Program-made: the position numbers and the translations under genes
Notes under the pieces: model-generated
What the model was told of the DNA's origin: nothing
Seen by the model: the letters and a program-made list of their open reading frames with translations, nothing else
The model's database searches: none
In this document: positions 20,845-33,253 of the stretch, piece after piece
Layout of the letters: each line of letters begins with the position of its first letter
Numbering within the stretch: the first letter of the stretch is position 1
Origin: Neocallimastix sp. 'constans'
Lineage: Eukaryota
Direction of reading: 5' to 3'
NCBI GenBank assembly: GCA_050613775.1
Contig: JBODTK010000133.1
Span: 434,001-477,459, forward strand
Length of the DNA stretch: 43,459 nucleotides

Positions 20845-23800
20845 ATGAAGGACTTCACTCGGAGTCCAATTCATCAAAAAATGTAAAAACAATTTATTAT
20901 AACTTTCCTTCATTTGATAACATCACAACCCAAAAACTACCTTCAACTTTTCTTTTATTCCATTGCTACATTCCAACGAGACTACCAATTAATAATAATA
21001 AATTAAAAATTAAAAATAACCAAAAAATTACATCTGAATCTATGCTAGATTCTGGATCATTTTGTAATTTTATTACAAAAAATTTAGTTCAAAAACTAAA
21101 TTTAAAAATTTATAATTTAAAAAATAAAATTTCAGTCAAAGGTATATCTGGTTCTACTACTAAGATAGATCAGTACGTTTGGCTAAAATTTCAAATAAAA
21201 ATACAAAAGAATAAAAAATTTTATTTTAAAAATTACAATGAAAAATTTCTAATAACAAATTGCATACCAACTGATCTACTTTTTGGTAATCAATTCATGC
21301 GAAAATTCAAAATTCACTATAATTATGATAAGAATATATTATATTCTTACTTAAATTATTATTTTTCAAATAAAAATAACAAAAATCCTAATAAATATTG
21401 CAAAAACAATTTATATCTACAGTCGATGAAAAATAAAATTTTAAAAAATTATTTACTTTTTAATAAATCAATAAAAAAAATTTAATTATAAAAATTTTTC
21501 AAAAAATTTAAAAAAATTTGATCAGAAGTTTAATTATAATAAAAAATTTTTTAATAAAAAACTTAATAACCTTAACCTTAATAAATTTTCAAAATTTTGT
21601 GATAAATTTAATTATAAAAAATTTTTTAATAAAAATCATTATTTTATTAATAAATATAAATATTATTTCAAAAAACAAAATAAATATTTAAAAAACAATT
21701 TTAATTTAAACAATGACTATAATTACAATTTTTTAATATATTCCTTCTTATCAAATAAAGAAATTAATAAAAATGACAATGAAGATCCAAATATTGAAGA
21801 TATTCCGCCTCAATATCGCGATCTATTTATTGTTTTTAGTAAAGCCGAAGCCGATAAACTTCCCCCACATCGTTTAACCGACTGCAAAATAGTGCTGGAG
21901 AAGGACGCTTCCCTTCACTATGGTCCAATCTATCCCTTAACCGAAGAGGAAAATAAAGTTTTGAAAGAATATATAAAAGAAAACCTAAAAAAAGGATTTA
22001 TTAGACCATCTGAATCACCTGCAGGTTATCCAGTTCTATTCCAAAAGAAAAAAGATGGTACACTTCGGTTATGCGTAGACTATAGGAAGTTAAACGCTGT
22101 TACTATAAGAAACTCGTACCCCATACCTCTTATTAATGAAATTATTGAAAAGGTTAAAGGAGCAAAGTATTTTACAAAATTAGATTTACGTTCAGCCTAT
22201 AATTTAATCCGTATTAAGGAAGGGGATGAATACAAGACAGCTTTCAGAACTAAATATGGTCACTATGAATACTTAGTTATGCCATTTGGTTTAAAAAACG
22301 CACCAGCTACTTTTCAATCGTTTATTAATTCGGTACTAAGACCATATTTAGAAAAAAGTGTTATTCTTTATTTAGACGATATTTTAATCTACTCCAAAGA
22401 TTTAAAAGAACATCATAAACAAGTTAGGGAGGTTTTGCAAGCATTAATTAATAATAACTTATATGCAAAATTAGAAAAATGCGAATTTGATAAAGAGAAA
22501 GTTGAATTCCTTGGATATGTATTATCAGGTCAAGGTGTCACTACCGATCCGAAGAAAATAGAATCAATTAAAAACTGGCCTCAACCAAATAACTTAAAGG
22601 ACGTACAGAGGTTTTTAGGTCTTTGCAATTATTATAGAAGATTTGTTAAAGATTTTGCAAAAATTGCAAAACCTTTACATAATTTAACCAGAAAAAATAT
22701 TAAATTTAATTGGAATAACAAATGTGAAGAATCATTCTCAGAATTAAAGAAAAGATTAACCAGTTCTCCAGTTTTATTCCATCCGGATAATAATAAACCA
22801 TTTATTGTTGAATGTGATGCAAGTAACTTTGCCCTTGGTGCTGTTTTATCACAAAAGGATGATAATAATAAATTACATCCAGTTGCATATTTCTCAAGAA
22901 GCTTACAAGGTGCAGAAATTAATTATACTATTACAGACAAGGAGTTGTTAACTATTAGAGAAGCCTTTTTGGCATGGAGACATTTATTACTTGGTGCGAA
23001 ATACAAAGTAACTGTTTATACTGATCATAGGAACTTATTATATACCCTTGGTGGTAAAATTGGTAATCAAAGGCAACATAGATGGCATATGTTCTTCCAA
23101 GAATATAATTTTGAATTAATTTATAGACAAGGTTCCAATAATGGAAAACCTGATTCTCTTTCAAGAAGACCAGATTATATAAAAAATAATGAAGAAACTA
23201 AAACCGAAAATATTCTTGACATAAAAAATGTAAAGGAAGTTCCATGTTTTATTGGCGTTGTTAGCGATCTTTTAGAAAGAATTATAGAAGCTACAAAAAC
23301 AGATGCCACAGCTGATGATATTAGACTCTATTTTAGCCCACAGAATATTAAAAATGATATGTCCTATAAACCCTTTAGGAAAATGAATAAGTTCAAAATA
23401 AAGGATAATATTATATTATATAATAATTTAATTTATATTCCTGAAATTTTAAGATTAGAAATCTTAACTAAATATCATGAAAAGCCTTCCGCTGGTCATC
23501 TTGGAATTAAAAGAACTCTTGAATTAATTACAAGAAACTTTTGGTGGCCCAAAATGCAAGATGATGTTATAAAATTTGTCAATTCCTGTGAATGTTGTGC
23601 AAGAAACAAAATTAATAGACATAGGAAATATGGCTTTCTACAACCGTTGGAAACACCTGATAGACCTTGGAAATCTATAGAAGTTGACTTTTTATGTGGC
23701 CTCCCGGATTCAAAGGGATATACGGTAATAATGGTTGTAGTGGATCGTTTCTCTAAAATGATTCACTTAATACCTTTCAAACAAATTCCTGATGCAAAAC

Positions 23801-24734
23801 AAACTGCCAAAGCATTTATGAATAATGTTTATAAATTACATGGCCTTCCTTATGATATGTATACAGATAGAGGTCCTCAGTTTACAAGTGCACTTTGGAA
23901 AGAATTCATGAAATTACTTAATATTAAATCCAAATTAGCTACAACAGATCATCATGAGACTGTTGGTCAAGTTGAGAGATGTAACTCCTTTATTGAACAG
24001 TATTTAAGAGCTTATTCAAGATCTTATTATCACGACGATTGGATTAATTGGATCTATCTTGCAGAGTTCGCTTATAATAATTCAGTCAATGAATCTACAA
24101 AAGAAACACCTTTCTTTATTAACTATGGATTTCATCCATCTATGGACGAATATTTCTTACTACCCCAAGTTGATACTAATAGTAAATTTATTAAAAATGT
24201 AAGTACAAGTTTTAATCATATTAAAGATGTCTTATTAAGATCTAAAGAATTATATAAAAATTATGCGGATAAGAAAAGGATGCCACCTCCTGTAATAAAA
24301 GAAGGTGACTTGGTTTGGATTCAAGCACCTCCTTCCTTAAATATTGAAGATTGTTCTAAACTCGCTCCTTGCAAATATGGACCTTACAAGGTAATCGATG
24401 TTTTAGAGAATAATAATTATAAAATTGATCTTAAAAAGTCACCTTTTCCAAAACATCATCCAATCTTTCATATCTCTGAATTGGAACCTTATGTCCCAAC
24501 TCCGCAAAAGTTTTTAAATAGAAGTTCGCACAATGAATCCATTAATGATATTATTGAAATTTCTGGATTTAGGACAAACTACAAGAAAAACTGCTACGAA
24601 TATAGAGTTAGATACAAATATAAAAGTTCAAGTAATTGGGTGCCTTCTTATGAAGTTGAAAATAATCCAAGGAATCAAAGAATATATCAAGAATATTTAA
24701 AGAATAATAGAAAATTCACTTCTCTTTCTTATAA

Positions 24735-24738
<4 letters not shown>
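20835..24738 (+). CDS. pol: D pol (PR-RT-RH-IN-chromodomain-like), via -1 frameshift; broken by a frame change at the A8 run 21473-21480
   Basis: Heptamer AAAAAAC 20835-20841 plus hairpin GGACTTC-ACTC-GGAGTCC 20850-20867; MLDSGS; second frame open from 21475 through LPPHR, YLDD, CDAS, HHCC, GPY and YEYRVRY...WVP. Confidence 0.88.
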
Positions 24739-24768
<30 letters not shown>

Positions 24769-25287
24769 ATTATACTTAAGCTATAAATAGTATATTAAAT
24801 AATAATATTTCAAAATTAAATTAGTTAATTTAAAATTTTACATTTCAAAATTTCAAAAATTTTTAAAAAATCGAAATTTAATAATACTTTATTTATTTTT
24901 ACATTATTATATTCATTAAATTATAAATTTTCACTATATTTAAAAATTTTCAATTTAATGCATAAAATTAAGATGAAATTTCAATTTCAATTTCAAAATT
25001 TCAATTTTACATTTTTTCAACGAAATTTTTAATAAAATTCACACCATTATATTTCTCGATATTTAATTTTATAACAAAATTTTAATTTCAGTAAATTTTG
25101 ACAATTTCGAAATTTCCATGAAATGGCCACTTGTAATGTGTTCTTTAAAGGACTCATGTGACCTTTTTACTTCAAAAAAAAAAAAAAAAAAAAAAATTTT
25201 TTAAAATATACAATTTTATAAATATAATAATTTCTTTATGTAACGTTACACAAAATCGTCTGGAATCCGATTTTTGTGGAAGGGCGT

Positions 25288-26022
25288 TGTCGAAATTACA
25301 ACTGAATTAAATTTCAATTTCAATTAATTTCAATTAAAATTATTAAAAACAAAATAATTAATAAAAATTTATAATTCATTAATTATTCTTTAAATTTTAT
25401 TTATTTTATAATATTATAAGTTATTTGATCATCTTAGGACCAGCTTAGGCCTACTGATTCTAATGATATCATATTAAACTTAAATATTATTAATAAATAA
25501 AATATTTATTAACATGAATCATTTGGTCATGTCATCCTTGATTCATAAATTAATGTTTATGTATTAATTTATGTTATATTGATTTAATTAATTATTAATT
25601 ATTAATTACTATATTAAATATTTAAATTTAATATTATATTATATATATTAGCTAATATATTAGATTAAAAAATATAATTTATTTATATTAAACATATTCT
25701 TATACTAAATATTATTATTATCAACTTTATATTATTATTATCAATATTCTCAAACCTACAAAGTATAAAAAGAAAATTCAAATTTATCTTTTTGTCCTTT
25801 GTAAGGTTATAGTTAACCTATTATAATATAACTATATATTTTTATTAATAAATAAAAATTTTTATCATATCAAACCAATTATTAGTTTTAATTAAGTGTT
25901 AAATTAACAAATTTAACTTTATAACTCTTTTATTTTAGTAATTTACTTATATCTATATAGTTATATTATATAGATATATCAACCTGATTCCTCGTTAAAT
26001 TCAACCTGTTTACTTTTTAACA
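25288..26022 (+). repeat. D 3' LTR
   Basis: Preceded by PPT-like GGAAGGGCGT; repeat of 18996-19730. Confidence 0.96.
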
Positions 26023-26079
26023 TAGTTAATATTATAAATAATAATTTCTATAATTTATAGAAATTATTACATTAAAAAT

Positions 26080-26413
26080 TGTTAAGGTTTTAGAGAATTA
26101 AATAAAAATAAAGTAAGGAAACACAAATTTTATTTATTTATTTATTATTTTTATTTATAAATTTATTTGATTTTATTTGATTTTATTTTATTTTATTTTA
26201 TTTTATTTGATGATATTTAAAAATTAGTAGCAAAATTTACAACTATTTATACTTTTTTTTCAAGGCATAAAAGTTGTTCTTGCCACTAAATTACATTTTA
26301 TTATTATTTTTCTTTTTATATATAAAAACTATTAAATTTAAATTGATTTTTATAATCAATTATATAAAATTTAATTATAACAATATAAATAAAATACATT
26401 TATAATATTAATA

Positions 26414-26452
<39 letters not shown>

Positions 26453-26939
26453 CTATCTAAAATATTACTAATAAGAATTTATTTAATTGGCTAAAATTTT
26501 TATTACAATCTGTTAAAATATTCAAATAAAAATAAAAATACTATTCTAATATAAAGGTTTTTAATAAAATAAAATATTTTTCAATATAAAATAAAACATT
26601 TCGATATAAAATTTTATAATAAAAGTTAAAATATAATATATAAATTTTTAATTATCAATATATAAAAATATTATTAATACAAATTTTCATTATTAATATA
26701 AAAATAAAAAAATAAGATTTATTATTAATATTGTTAATATAAGTTTTAAATATATAAAAATATTACTATTAATATAAGATTTAATATAAAAATTATAAAG
26801 TTTAATATAATTTTTGATCTAATTTTTAATCTTTGAATTTAAAAATTTATTAAAGTACAAAAATAATAATGTACACATAATGTATTAGAAATAAATCGTA
26901 GATTTAATTAAGAATGCATTATTTAGTACATTCTTATCA
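26080..26939 (-). repeat. A2 3' LTR (860 bp)
   Basis: Near-identical to 33254-34112; preceded in element sense by GGGGCATCT. Confidence 0.96.
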
Positions 26940-26957
26940 AGATGCCCCGACGAAGAC

Positions 26958-29900
26958 TCAAGCTTCTCTGTAAGCGGAGTTAAACTTTACTAAATTTTTA
27001 AAATGAACATTCCTATCGAGTTGTTTCCCAGTTTTCTGATCGATTAAGGTTGCCGTGTTGAATTGAATTTTTAAAATTTTAAATGGTCCATTGTAATATG
27101 GTTCTAGCTTAGTGCGGCTAAAGTTTCTAACAAGAACAAGATCACCAGCCTTTAATTCTTTTCCTTTTTTCATACTTATTTGTTCTTCTCGTCTTGTTGC
27201 CCAATACTTGTTAGCATTCTTCACATTTTCGCATGCTTCTCTAGTCCATTGATAATGACGAACAAATTTTTCCATTAAGATTTCATCATATGATTTACCT
27301 GCATTTTCAATTGTTCTTATGGCTATATCATAAGGCTGTTGGTCTTCTCTTCCATATACTAATTCAAAACTAGAATGTCCAGTAGCTGTATTTTTGGTAG
27401 TTCGAAGTGCCCATAAAGCAGAAGGTAAAACTTCATCCCAATCTTGATTTTTCCTTCCTAATAAACGGAGTAATTTTCCAATTTCTTTATTTCGATTTTC
27501 AGTAAGGCCATTTGATTCAGGGTGGTAAGTAGCTACAAATTTAACATATACATCATAAAGATCAAGAAAGATTTTAGTCATATCAGAAGTGAATTGGACT
27601 CCATTATCAGTAGTAATAACTTGAGGTACACCATGTCTTGCAAAAACGTTTATTAAAAATTTAATTATATCAGAGGAAGTTATGTTTTCAGTGGGTTCGG
27701 CTTCAACCCATTTGGTAAAGTAATCAACAGTTACTATAATATATTGATTATTATTTCTTGTTTTTGGTAACGGTCCTATAATATCTAATCCTAAATGCAC
27801 AAAGGGACCCTCCACTTTAGTTGGATGGTTTTCGGTTGGTTCTGGATATGGTTGAGGACGATTTAATTGGCATTTTTCACAATTACTAACAATTCTTTTG
27901 ATATCTTTAATCATATGATTCCAATAAAAGTTTTTCTTAAGTCTTTGATATGTTTTGTAATATCCTTCGTGGCCAATATTATGAGCTTCTAAAATTAATT
28001 TAAACCTTTCATTTTCGTCCGTTATTAATTTTCTATAATTTCCATTGTCGATAAAGTAATCTTCACCATCAATAACAGTAAACTTTTCATTAATAAATTC
28101 CTTTATAACCTTAGATAATAATTCTTCATTATTTCCATTAGTAATTTTTGTTAATAATATCTTTCTCTCTTCCTTACTTTTCATTCTTGAAAGAGCATCA
28201 GCTAACACATTCTTTTTGCCTGATTCATATTTTATATTAATTCCAAGCATACTAGCGGTTAGACACCATCTTGTTTGCCTTGCATTCAAAGGTTCTTTAT
28301 TCTTAAATAAACCAACTAATGGTTTATGATCTGTGTAAATAGTTGTAGGTAATGGATTTCCTTCAATATAAGATTTAAATTTAGTCATACAGTAAAATAA
28401 AGCTGTTCCTTCCAAATCTGTGATACCATAATTCTTTTCAGTTTTCTTCAAACTTCTACTTATAAAGTGTATTGGATGCTCCTTACCGGTTTCTTCTTCT
28501 TTTTGTAAAAGAACTCCACCAATTCCATTATACGAAGCATCAGTTCTAATGATAAAAGGTTTGTCAAATGACGGAAATTTTAGAATAGGTGCATTGATTA
28601 ATTTTTCTTTTAGGAGTTCAAAGCTTTCTTGTTGTTCTTTATTCCATTCATATTTAGTATTCTTTTTCAATAATTTACATAAAGGTGAGGTAATTTGAGC
28701 ATATTTAGGGATAAAGTCACGATAATACCCTATTGCTCCTAGAAATGATCTTAATTCATGAATTGATGAAGGTGCTTCCCACTTCTTAATAGCTGTTATT
28801 TTACTTTCCATGGGACTTAATCCTTTAGTAGTAAGTTTGTGACCTAATACATCAACTTCAGTTTGAAGAAAATGGCACTTTTCAATATTAATTTTTAACT
28901 TGTTTTCTTTAAATACTTCTAATACTTGTTTAATATGAATTAAATGTTCTTCGATACTTTTTGAATAGATCAAAACATCATCAATAAATACGTATACAAA
29001 TTCACCAATAAAAGGGAATAAAATTTTATTCATTTCTCTTTGGAAGGTTGAGGGAGCTCCAGTAAGTCCAAAAGGCATAACCTTAAATTGATAATTTCCA
29101 AACTTAGTAGTGAAAGTGGTTACTTCAACGCTTTCTTCATCCATTAAGATTTGGTGAAAACCAGAAAATAAATCAAGAGTTGTAAATATTTTAGCTCCTC
29201 CGAGACTATCAAAAATTTCATCTATATATGGAACTGAATAAGAATCTTTTTCTGTCATATCATTGACTTTTCGGTAGTCAATGCACAAGCGCCACTTTCC
29301 ATTGTGTTTTAGAATGAGTACTACTGGAGATGACCATTCTGAACAGGATGGTTCTATCAATCCTTTCTTAATAAGCTTTGTAAGTTCTTCTTTTAAGATA
29401 TCTGATTTTAATTTAGTTAACCTATAACTTCTTAATTTTACTGGCTTTGCATTTGCTTTCAAACGGATCTTATGTGGTGAAAGTTTAGAAGGAGTTAGTT
29501 CTTCTGTTGAAGTGGCAACTATGTCAATCATTTCTTTGAGAATTTTAATAATTTGTTCTTTATAATCTTTATTTAAGGTACTTAAAAATTCATCACTCTC
29601 AATAAATTCCATTGGAGTTAATTCCTTTATAATTTCCTTTTCATTATTCGTTTCTTCAACTTTTCTAATAGTGCAGATTATACTTTCTTCATCATAATAT
29701 TGATTATTTATTTTAGCTATTTCTTCGTATTCACTTTCTGACAAAAGTTTACATAGACTGTTTAAGGTTGGATGAATAAATAAACAATGATCGATTTGAG
29801 TTTTAAAGTTTATTAACATATCATAAAATGAGTCTTCTTTCTCAATAATTCTAAAGTCCGCATTAAATTCATAATTATTAATTTTTACTGGTAATCGAAC

Positions 29901-30968
29901 AATAATTCCTTCCGAGTATTCTTCATCTTGTGTTGCTAGTTGGATTCTTCCACGACTTTTTCCAACTGTTTCATATTCACCAGGTAATTTATCAAAATAC
30001 TGCTTAGTAACGATGCTTAGGTTACTACAAGAATCAATTAAAAGTTTTCCTAGTACTCCGTCAACACTTGCATCAACCATTGCTAAGTCTTCTTCGGCTA
30101 CTTCATTACTTTTACTTATGTAGCTATGGTCATAGTTATTTACTAATAAAGTTCGTGCTATTACATTGTCTACAGTTCCAATTATTTTAGACTTTTCTAA
30201 CTTTAAACCTTGAGTTAATTGTGAACGAATTTTAGGACATGCATTCAAGAGTTGACCTATCGTAATACTGGATTTAAGATTATTTAAATCATCCATAATA
30301 TTGTAAGGTTCTTTATTATTCATCATTTTGATATTCCTTTTTACTAATTGAGTATTTCCATTATTAGTTTCCTTAGTTTTTGTTGAAATTAATTTTTCCA
30401 AAGTATTAGTTTTATTTTGTTGATTATCTTTATTCATTTCTAGATCTTCTATTTCATTATCGATTACAAGTATATCTTCAGATTCAACTTTTTCCTTTCC
30501 TTTTGATGAATAATTGTTGTTTTCTTCTTTACTTTCTCTTACTCTTGTCATATTTCTTAATTCCTTTTCTTTTTGTTTTTCTTTGTTAATATTTGGTTGA
30601 GTTAAAATTGAAGGAAGTATTTGATTTTTATAAACTTTATTTGGTTTATTATGCAGCTCATTTTCTTTCTTCTTTCTTAAAGCAGGAGTTGCAAAAGGAC
30701 GTGGATTATCTTTTAAACTTTTATGTACTTTCTTGGAATTATTTTCTTCTTTTTCGCTGTTATTATCATTCATTTTTCTTTTTACAGCATTTATAATGAT
30801 ATCATCCTCACTTTCAGTTGTGTCACTAAAATCAGATTCTTCAGATTCTTCGTTAAAGGAATTATTATCAATTGGAGTATTCTTAGTAAAAGTATTATTT
30901 TGTAAATTATTTAATGAAGCTATTGTTTTGTCATTGGGAGTGCTTCTGCTCCCATTTAGAAGTTTAAA
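26958..30968 (-). CDS. pol: A2 pol (PR-RT-RH-IN), expressed by -1 frameshift
   Basis: 1271-aa ORF extends upstream in frame to the T TTA AAC site (30968-30962); FIDD, TDAS, HHCC, D-D-E, GPF. Confidence 0.95.
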   Translation of the reverse strand, partial: FKLLNGSRSTPNDKTIASLNNLQNNTFTKNTPIDNNSFNEESEESDFSDTTESEDDIIINAVKRKMNDNNSEKEENNSKKVHKSLKDNPRPFATPALRKKKENELHNKPNKVYKNQILPSILTQPNINKEKQKEKELRNMTRVRESKEENNNYSSKGKEKVESEDILVIDNEIEDLEMNKDNQQNKTNTLEKLISTKTKETNNGNTQLVKRNIKMMNNKEPYNIMDDLNNLKSSITIGQLLNACPKIRSQLTQGLKLEKSKIIGTVDNVIARTLLVNNYDHSYISKSNEVAEEDLAMVDASVDGVLGKLLIDSCSNLSIVTKQYFDKLPGEYETVGKSRGRIQLATQDEEYSEGIIVRLPVKINNYEFNADFRIIEKEDSFYDMLINFKTQIDHCLFIHPTLNSLCKLLSESEYEEIAKINNQYYDEESIICTIRKVEETNNEKEIIKELTPMEFIESDEFLSTLNKDYKEQIIKILKEMIDIVATSTEELTPSKLSPHKIRLKANAKPVKLRSYRLTKLKSDILKEELTKLIKKGLIEPSCSEWSSPVVLILKHNGKWRLCIDYRKVNDMTEKDSYSVPYIDEIFDSLGGAKIFTTLDLFSGFHQILMDEESVEVTTFTTKFGNYQFKVMPFGLTGAPSTFQREMNKILFPFIGEFVYVFIDDVLIYSKSIEEHLIHIKQVLEVFKENKLKINIEKCHFLQTEVDVLGHKLTTKGLSPMESKITAIKKWEAPSSIHELRSFLGAIGYYRDFIPKYAQITSPLCKLLKKNTKYEWNKEQQESFELLKEKLINAPILKFPSFDKPFIIRTDASYNGIGGVLLQKEEETGKEHPIHFISRSLKKTEKNYGITDLEGTALFYCMTKFKSYIEGNPLPTTIYTDHKPLVGLFKNKEPLNARQTRWCLTASMLGINIKYESGKKNVLADALSRMKSKEERKILLTKITNGNNEELLSKVIKEFINEKFTVIDGEDYFIDNGNYRKLITDENERFKLILEAHNIGHEGYYKTYQRLKKNFYWNHMIKDIKRIVSNCEKCQLNRPQPYPEPTENHPTKVEGPFVHLGLDIIGPLPKTRNNNQYIIVTVDYFTKWVEAEPTENITSSDIIKFLINVFARHGVPQVITTDNGVQFTSDMTKIFLDLYDVYVKFVATYHPESNGLTENRNKEIGKLLRLLGRKNQDWDEVLPSALWALRTTKNTATGHSSFELVYGREDQQPYDIAIRTIENAGKSYDEILMEKFVRHYQWTREACENVKNANKYWATRREEQISMKKGKELKAGDLVLVRNFSRTKLEPYYNGPFKILKIQFNTATLIDQKTGKQLDRNVHFKNLVKFNSAYREA

Positions 30969-31861
30969 GACTTTTTGGAATATATTTCTTTTTTATTTTT
31001 TTCCATAATCTTATTTAATTGAGGGCAATAGTATGAGTAATGACCTTCTTCCTTACAGAAGAAGCAAGTTTTAACGGATAAATTTCTCATTTTCTGGGTT
31101 GATTCTTCTATAATATCTTGAGGTTTCAGTTTATTATTTGTTTGACTTGTTTGGAAAGTTTCGTTTCTTCTTTTAGGATAAAGTCTTGAAGTAGTACTGT
31201 TTTGATTATTTTGATTATGCTGGGAATTATTAACATTATAGGTATTAATATTATTGTTCCTTACAGAAAGTCTATCTACTTTCTCGGCAATTTTGAAAGC
31301 TTTCTCCATACTTATATCATCTTTAAGGGATAATTTCTTCCAGGCTTCATAATTATTTTGAATAGAATCAATATAATCTAGTACACCGATGCGCTTTCTT
31401 CTCTTTTTATCAAGTTTAGTGTACAAAGTTCTATATCTTACATTAAAGTCCTTAATCTTTTCGTTTCTTTTAATTCGCATTGCACGAAGTTCTTTAAGAA
31501 GTAAATTTTGGTCTTCTTTAATACCGTAAAAATTTTCAAGACTTGAAATAATTTTTTCAAGAGAAGGAAATTTATCATCATCAACATTTTCTTCTTCATC
31601 ATCTTCTTCTTCATCTGATGAATCATCACTTTCATCATCACTATCTTCTCCCAAATCTTCAATAACGCGTTGTACTTCACCAGAGCTGGTAAGTAAACAA
31701 GCATTAAATATTGTTTCCGGATCTGTGATACCTTGTATCTTGATCCAAAGTTTTAATTCAGTAGCCCAGGACTTTATATCTAAATTGTCCTTGCTAAGCT
31801 TCACTATGTCTCGTAATTCTTTCTTTAATTCTTTAAAACTTAAAGTACTTTTAGTAGACAT
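30956..31861 (-). CDS. gag: A2 gag with CCHC zinc knuckle
   Basis: 301 aa; CFFCKEEGHYSYYC; ends TCT TTA AAC TTC TAA. Confidence 0.94.
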   Translation of the reverse strand: MSTKSTLSFKELKKELRDIVKLSKDNLDIKSWATELKLWIKIQGITDPETIFNACLLTSSGEVQRVIEDLGEDSDDESDDSSDEEEDDEEENVDDDKFPSLEKIISSLENFYGIKEDQNLLLKELRAMRIKRNEKIKDFNVRYRTLYTKLDKKRRKRIGVLDYIDSIQNNYEAWKKLSLKDDISMEKAFKIAEKVDRLSVRNNNINTYNVNNSQHNQNNQNSTTSRLYPKRRNETFQTSQTNNKLKPQDIIEESTQKMRNLSVKTCFFCKEEGHYSYYCPQLNKIMEKNKKEIYSKKSLNF

Positions 31862-32043
31862 TTCGTTTTTAGTTAATAATTTTTTTATTGTAAATTAACG
31901 AGGTTATTAAATACGAATAAATTTGAAAGTCCAACTTTAAAAATATAATTTAACAAGTAATTTAATATCGAATCAAATTTTAAAACAATATATCTTAGTA
32001 ATTTTTGAAAATAATAATTTTATTTGCTTTCTTTAGTAAGTAT

Positions 32044-32231
32044 AAGCTCGAAATCCTTATCGACAACTTAGTAGAAATTATAAAGCACGAGGTTCTTTTC
32101 GACTACTTTTTTAAGAATAATTTTAAGTTCGAAATCTTTATCGACAACTTAATAGAATAATTTTAAGTTCGAAATCTTTATCGACAACTTAATAGAATAT
32201 TTTTCAAGCTCGAAATCTTTATCGACCACTT
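32044..32231 (-). repeat. Five ~40-bp tandem hairpin repeats in the A2 leader
   Basis: Same unit as 4248-4517, two fewer copies. Confidence 0.9.
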
Positions 32232-32401
32232 GAATTTTGTAATTTAGTATATTTGTAGTAATAAATTTAGAAGCAAAGTTTTATTTATTATTTTCACCTT
32301 TCAAAAATTTTTCTTTTTAAACGATAAATATTGTATTGTTATAGCTAATAAAATTATTAATTAATTATAATTATTAAATACAAAAAAATAATCTTTATTG
32401 T

Positions 32402-32561
32402 CGTACAATCTGATAGTACACACTGTCTGACGTGCAGCTTACCTAATGGTGTCATGCCACGCGTGTGCCACGATTACTATATTCAATATAAAATATAGCA
32501 GTTCAGAGCCCACTAGCCCAATTACTATGTAGGATAAACTTAATCCGATAATCTATGTACG
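32402..32561 (-). ncRNA. Conserved structured cis-RNA motif, A2 copy
   Basis: Identical by eye to 4690-4849. Confidence 0.75.
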
Positions 32562-33229
32562 GAATAAAAAAATTTTAAAAGTATTCAATAATATTTTTAT
32601 TAACTAATAAAAATTAACTAAAAACACAATATTTTCAAAGTAAATTAAGATTCTATTACAGGAATTATATAACAAATAAAGTACCAGTAATAAAAAAAAA
32701 ATAAAAAAAATTTAAATGGCGAAGTTAGCCAAAGTCTGATACTTTATATAATAAAGTGCCTTATAACTAGCACAAAGAAAAGTAAAAAAAATTATATAAA
32801 AAAAACAATCTTACGCCTTCGGTGACGTAAGCTCCTTATTCGCCAGTGCTTGGAAAGTACCCGCACCTTCGTGTGTTGAAACGTTGAAGGTTGAACTATT
32901 ATTACCGGGTCGGTAACCAAATACCTTCGTCTACTTTCCAATTAATCTCCAAATTAACTACTATTCAATAACCTACTATGAATAGAGTTAATTTGTTGCT
33001 ATCTGAGAATACACTGTGTATGAGCTCTATCCGCTCCTTGTTATAATTTTACAAAATTTGTTTTTTTTTTTTGAATCTTAATTTTACTTATTTAAAAAAA
33101 ATTTTTTTTATATATATATCAAACAAGCGCCATAGGTTAATCAAAGGATTAACGACTTACTTGTTTATCAATATAAAATAAAAAAAATTAAAAAAAAATC
33201 TATGTTATTTACTATTATTTCTATTTAAT

Positions 33230-33247
33230 TCCCCGATATCTTCACCA
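33230..33247 (-). promoter_or_regulatory. A2 primer-binding site
   Basis: TGGTGAAGATATCGGGGA, one substitution versus the A1 PBS. Confidence 0.7.
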
Positions 33248-33253
33248 TATAAA

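Larger units (their letters stand above)
18996..26022 (+). mobile_element. Ty3/Gypsy family D (chromovirus-like) nested in C 3' LTR
   Basis: 735-bp LTRs 18996-19730 and 25288-26022 (TG..CA, no differences seen by eye); 5-bp TSD TAGTT at 18991-18995 and 26023-26027. Confidence 0.97.
12611..26071 (+). mobile_element. Ty3/Gypsy family C (Tf1/sushi-like, single ORF, no chromodomain); 3' LTR interrupted by D
   Basis: LTRs 12611-13399 and 18252-18995+26028-26071, TG..CA; 5-bp TSD TTAAA at 12606-12610 and 26072-26076; intact 1331-aa ORF. Confidence 0.97.

Noticed and set aside
2799..31704. Short antisense or alternative-frame ORFs overlapping gag/pol (e.g. 2939-3223, 6759-7046, 8741-9046, 17296-17478, 30733-31008)
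   Set aside because: Shadow ORFs of coding strands with no recognisable motifs.
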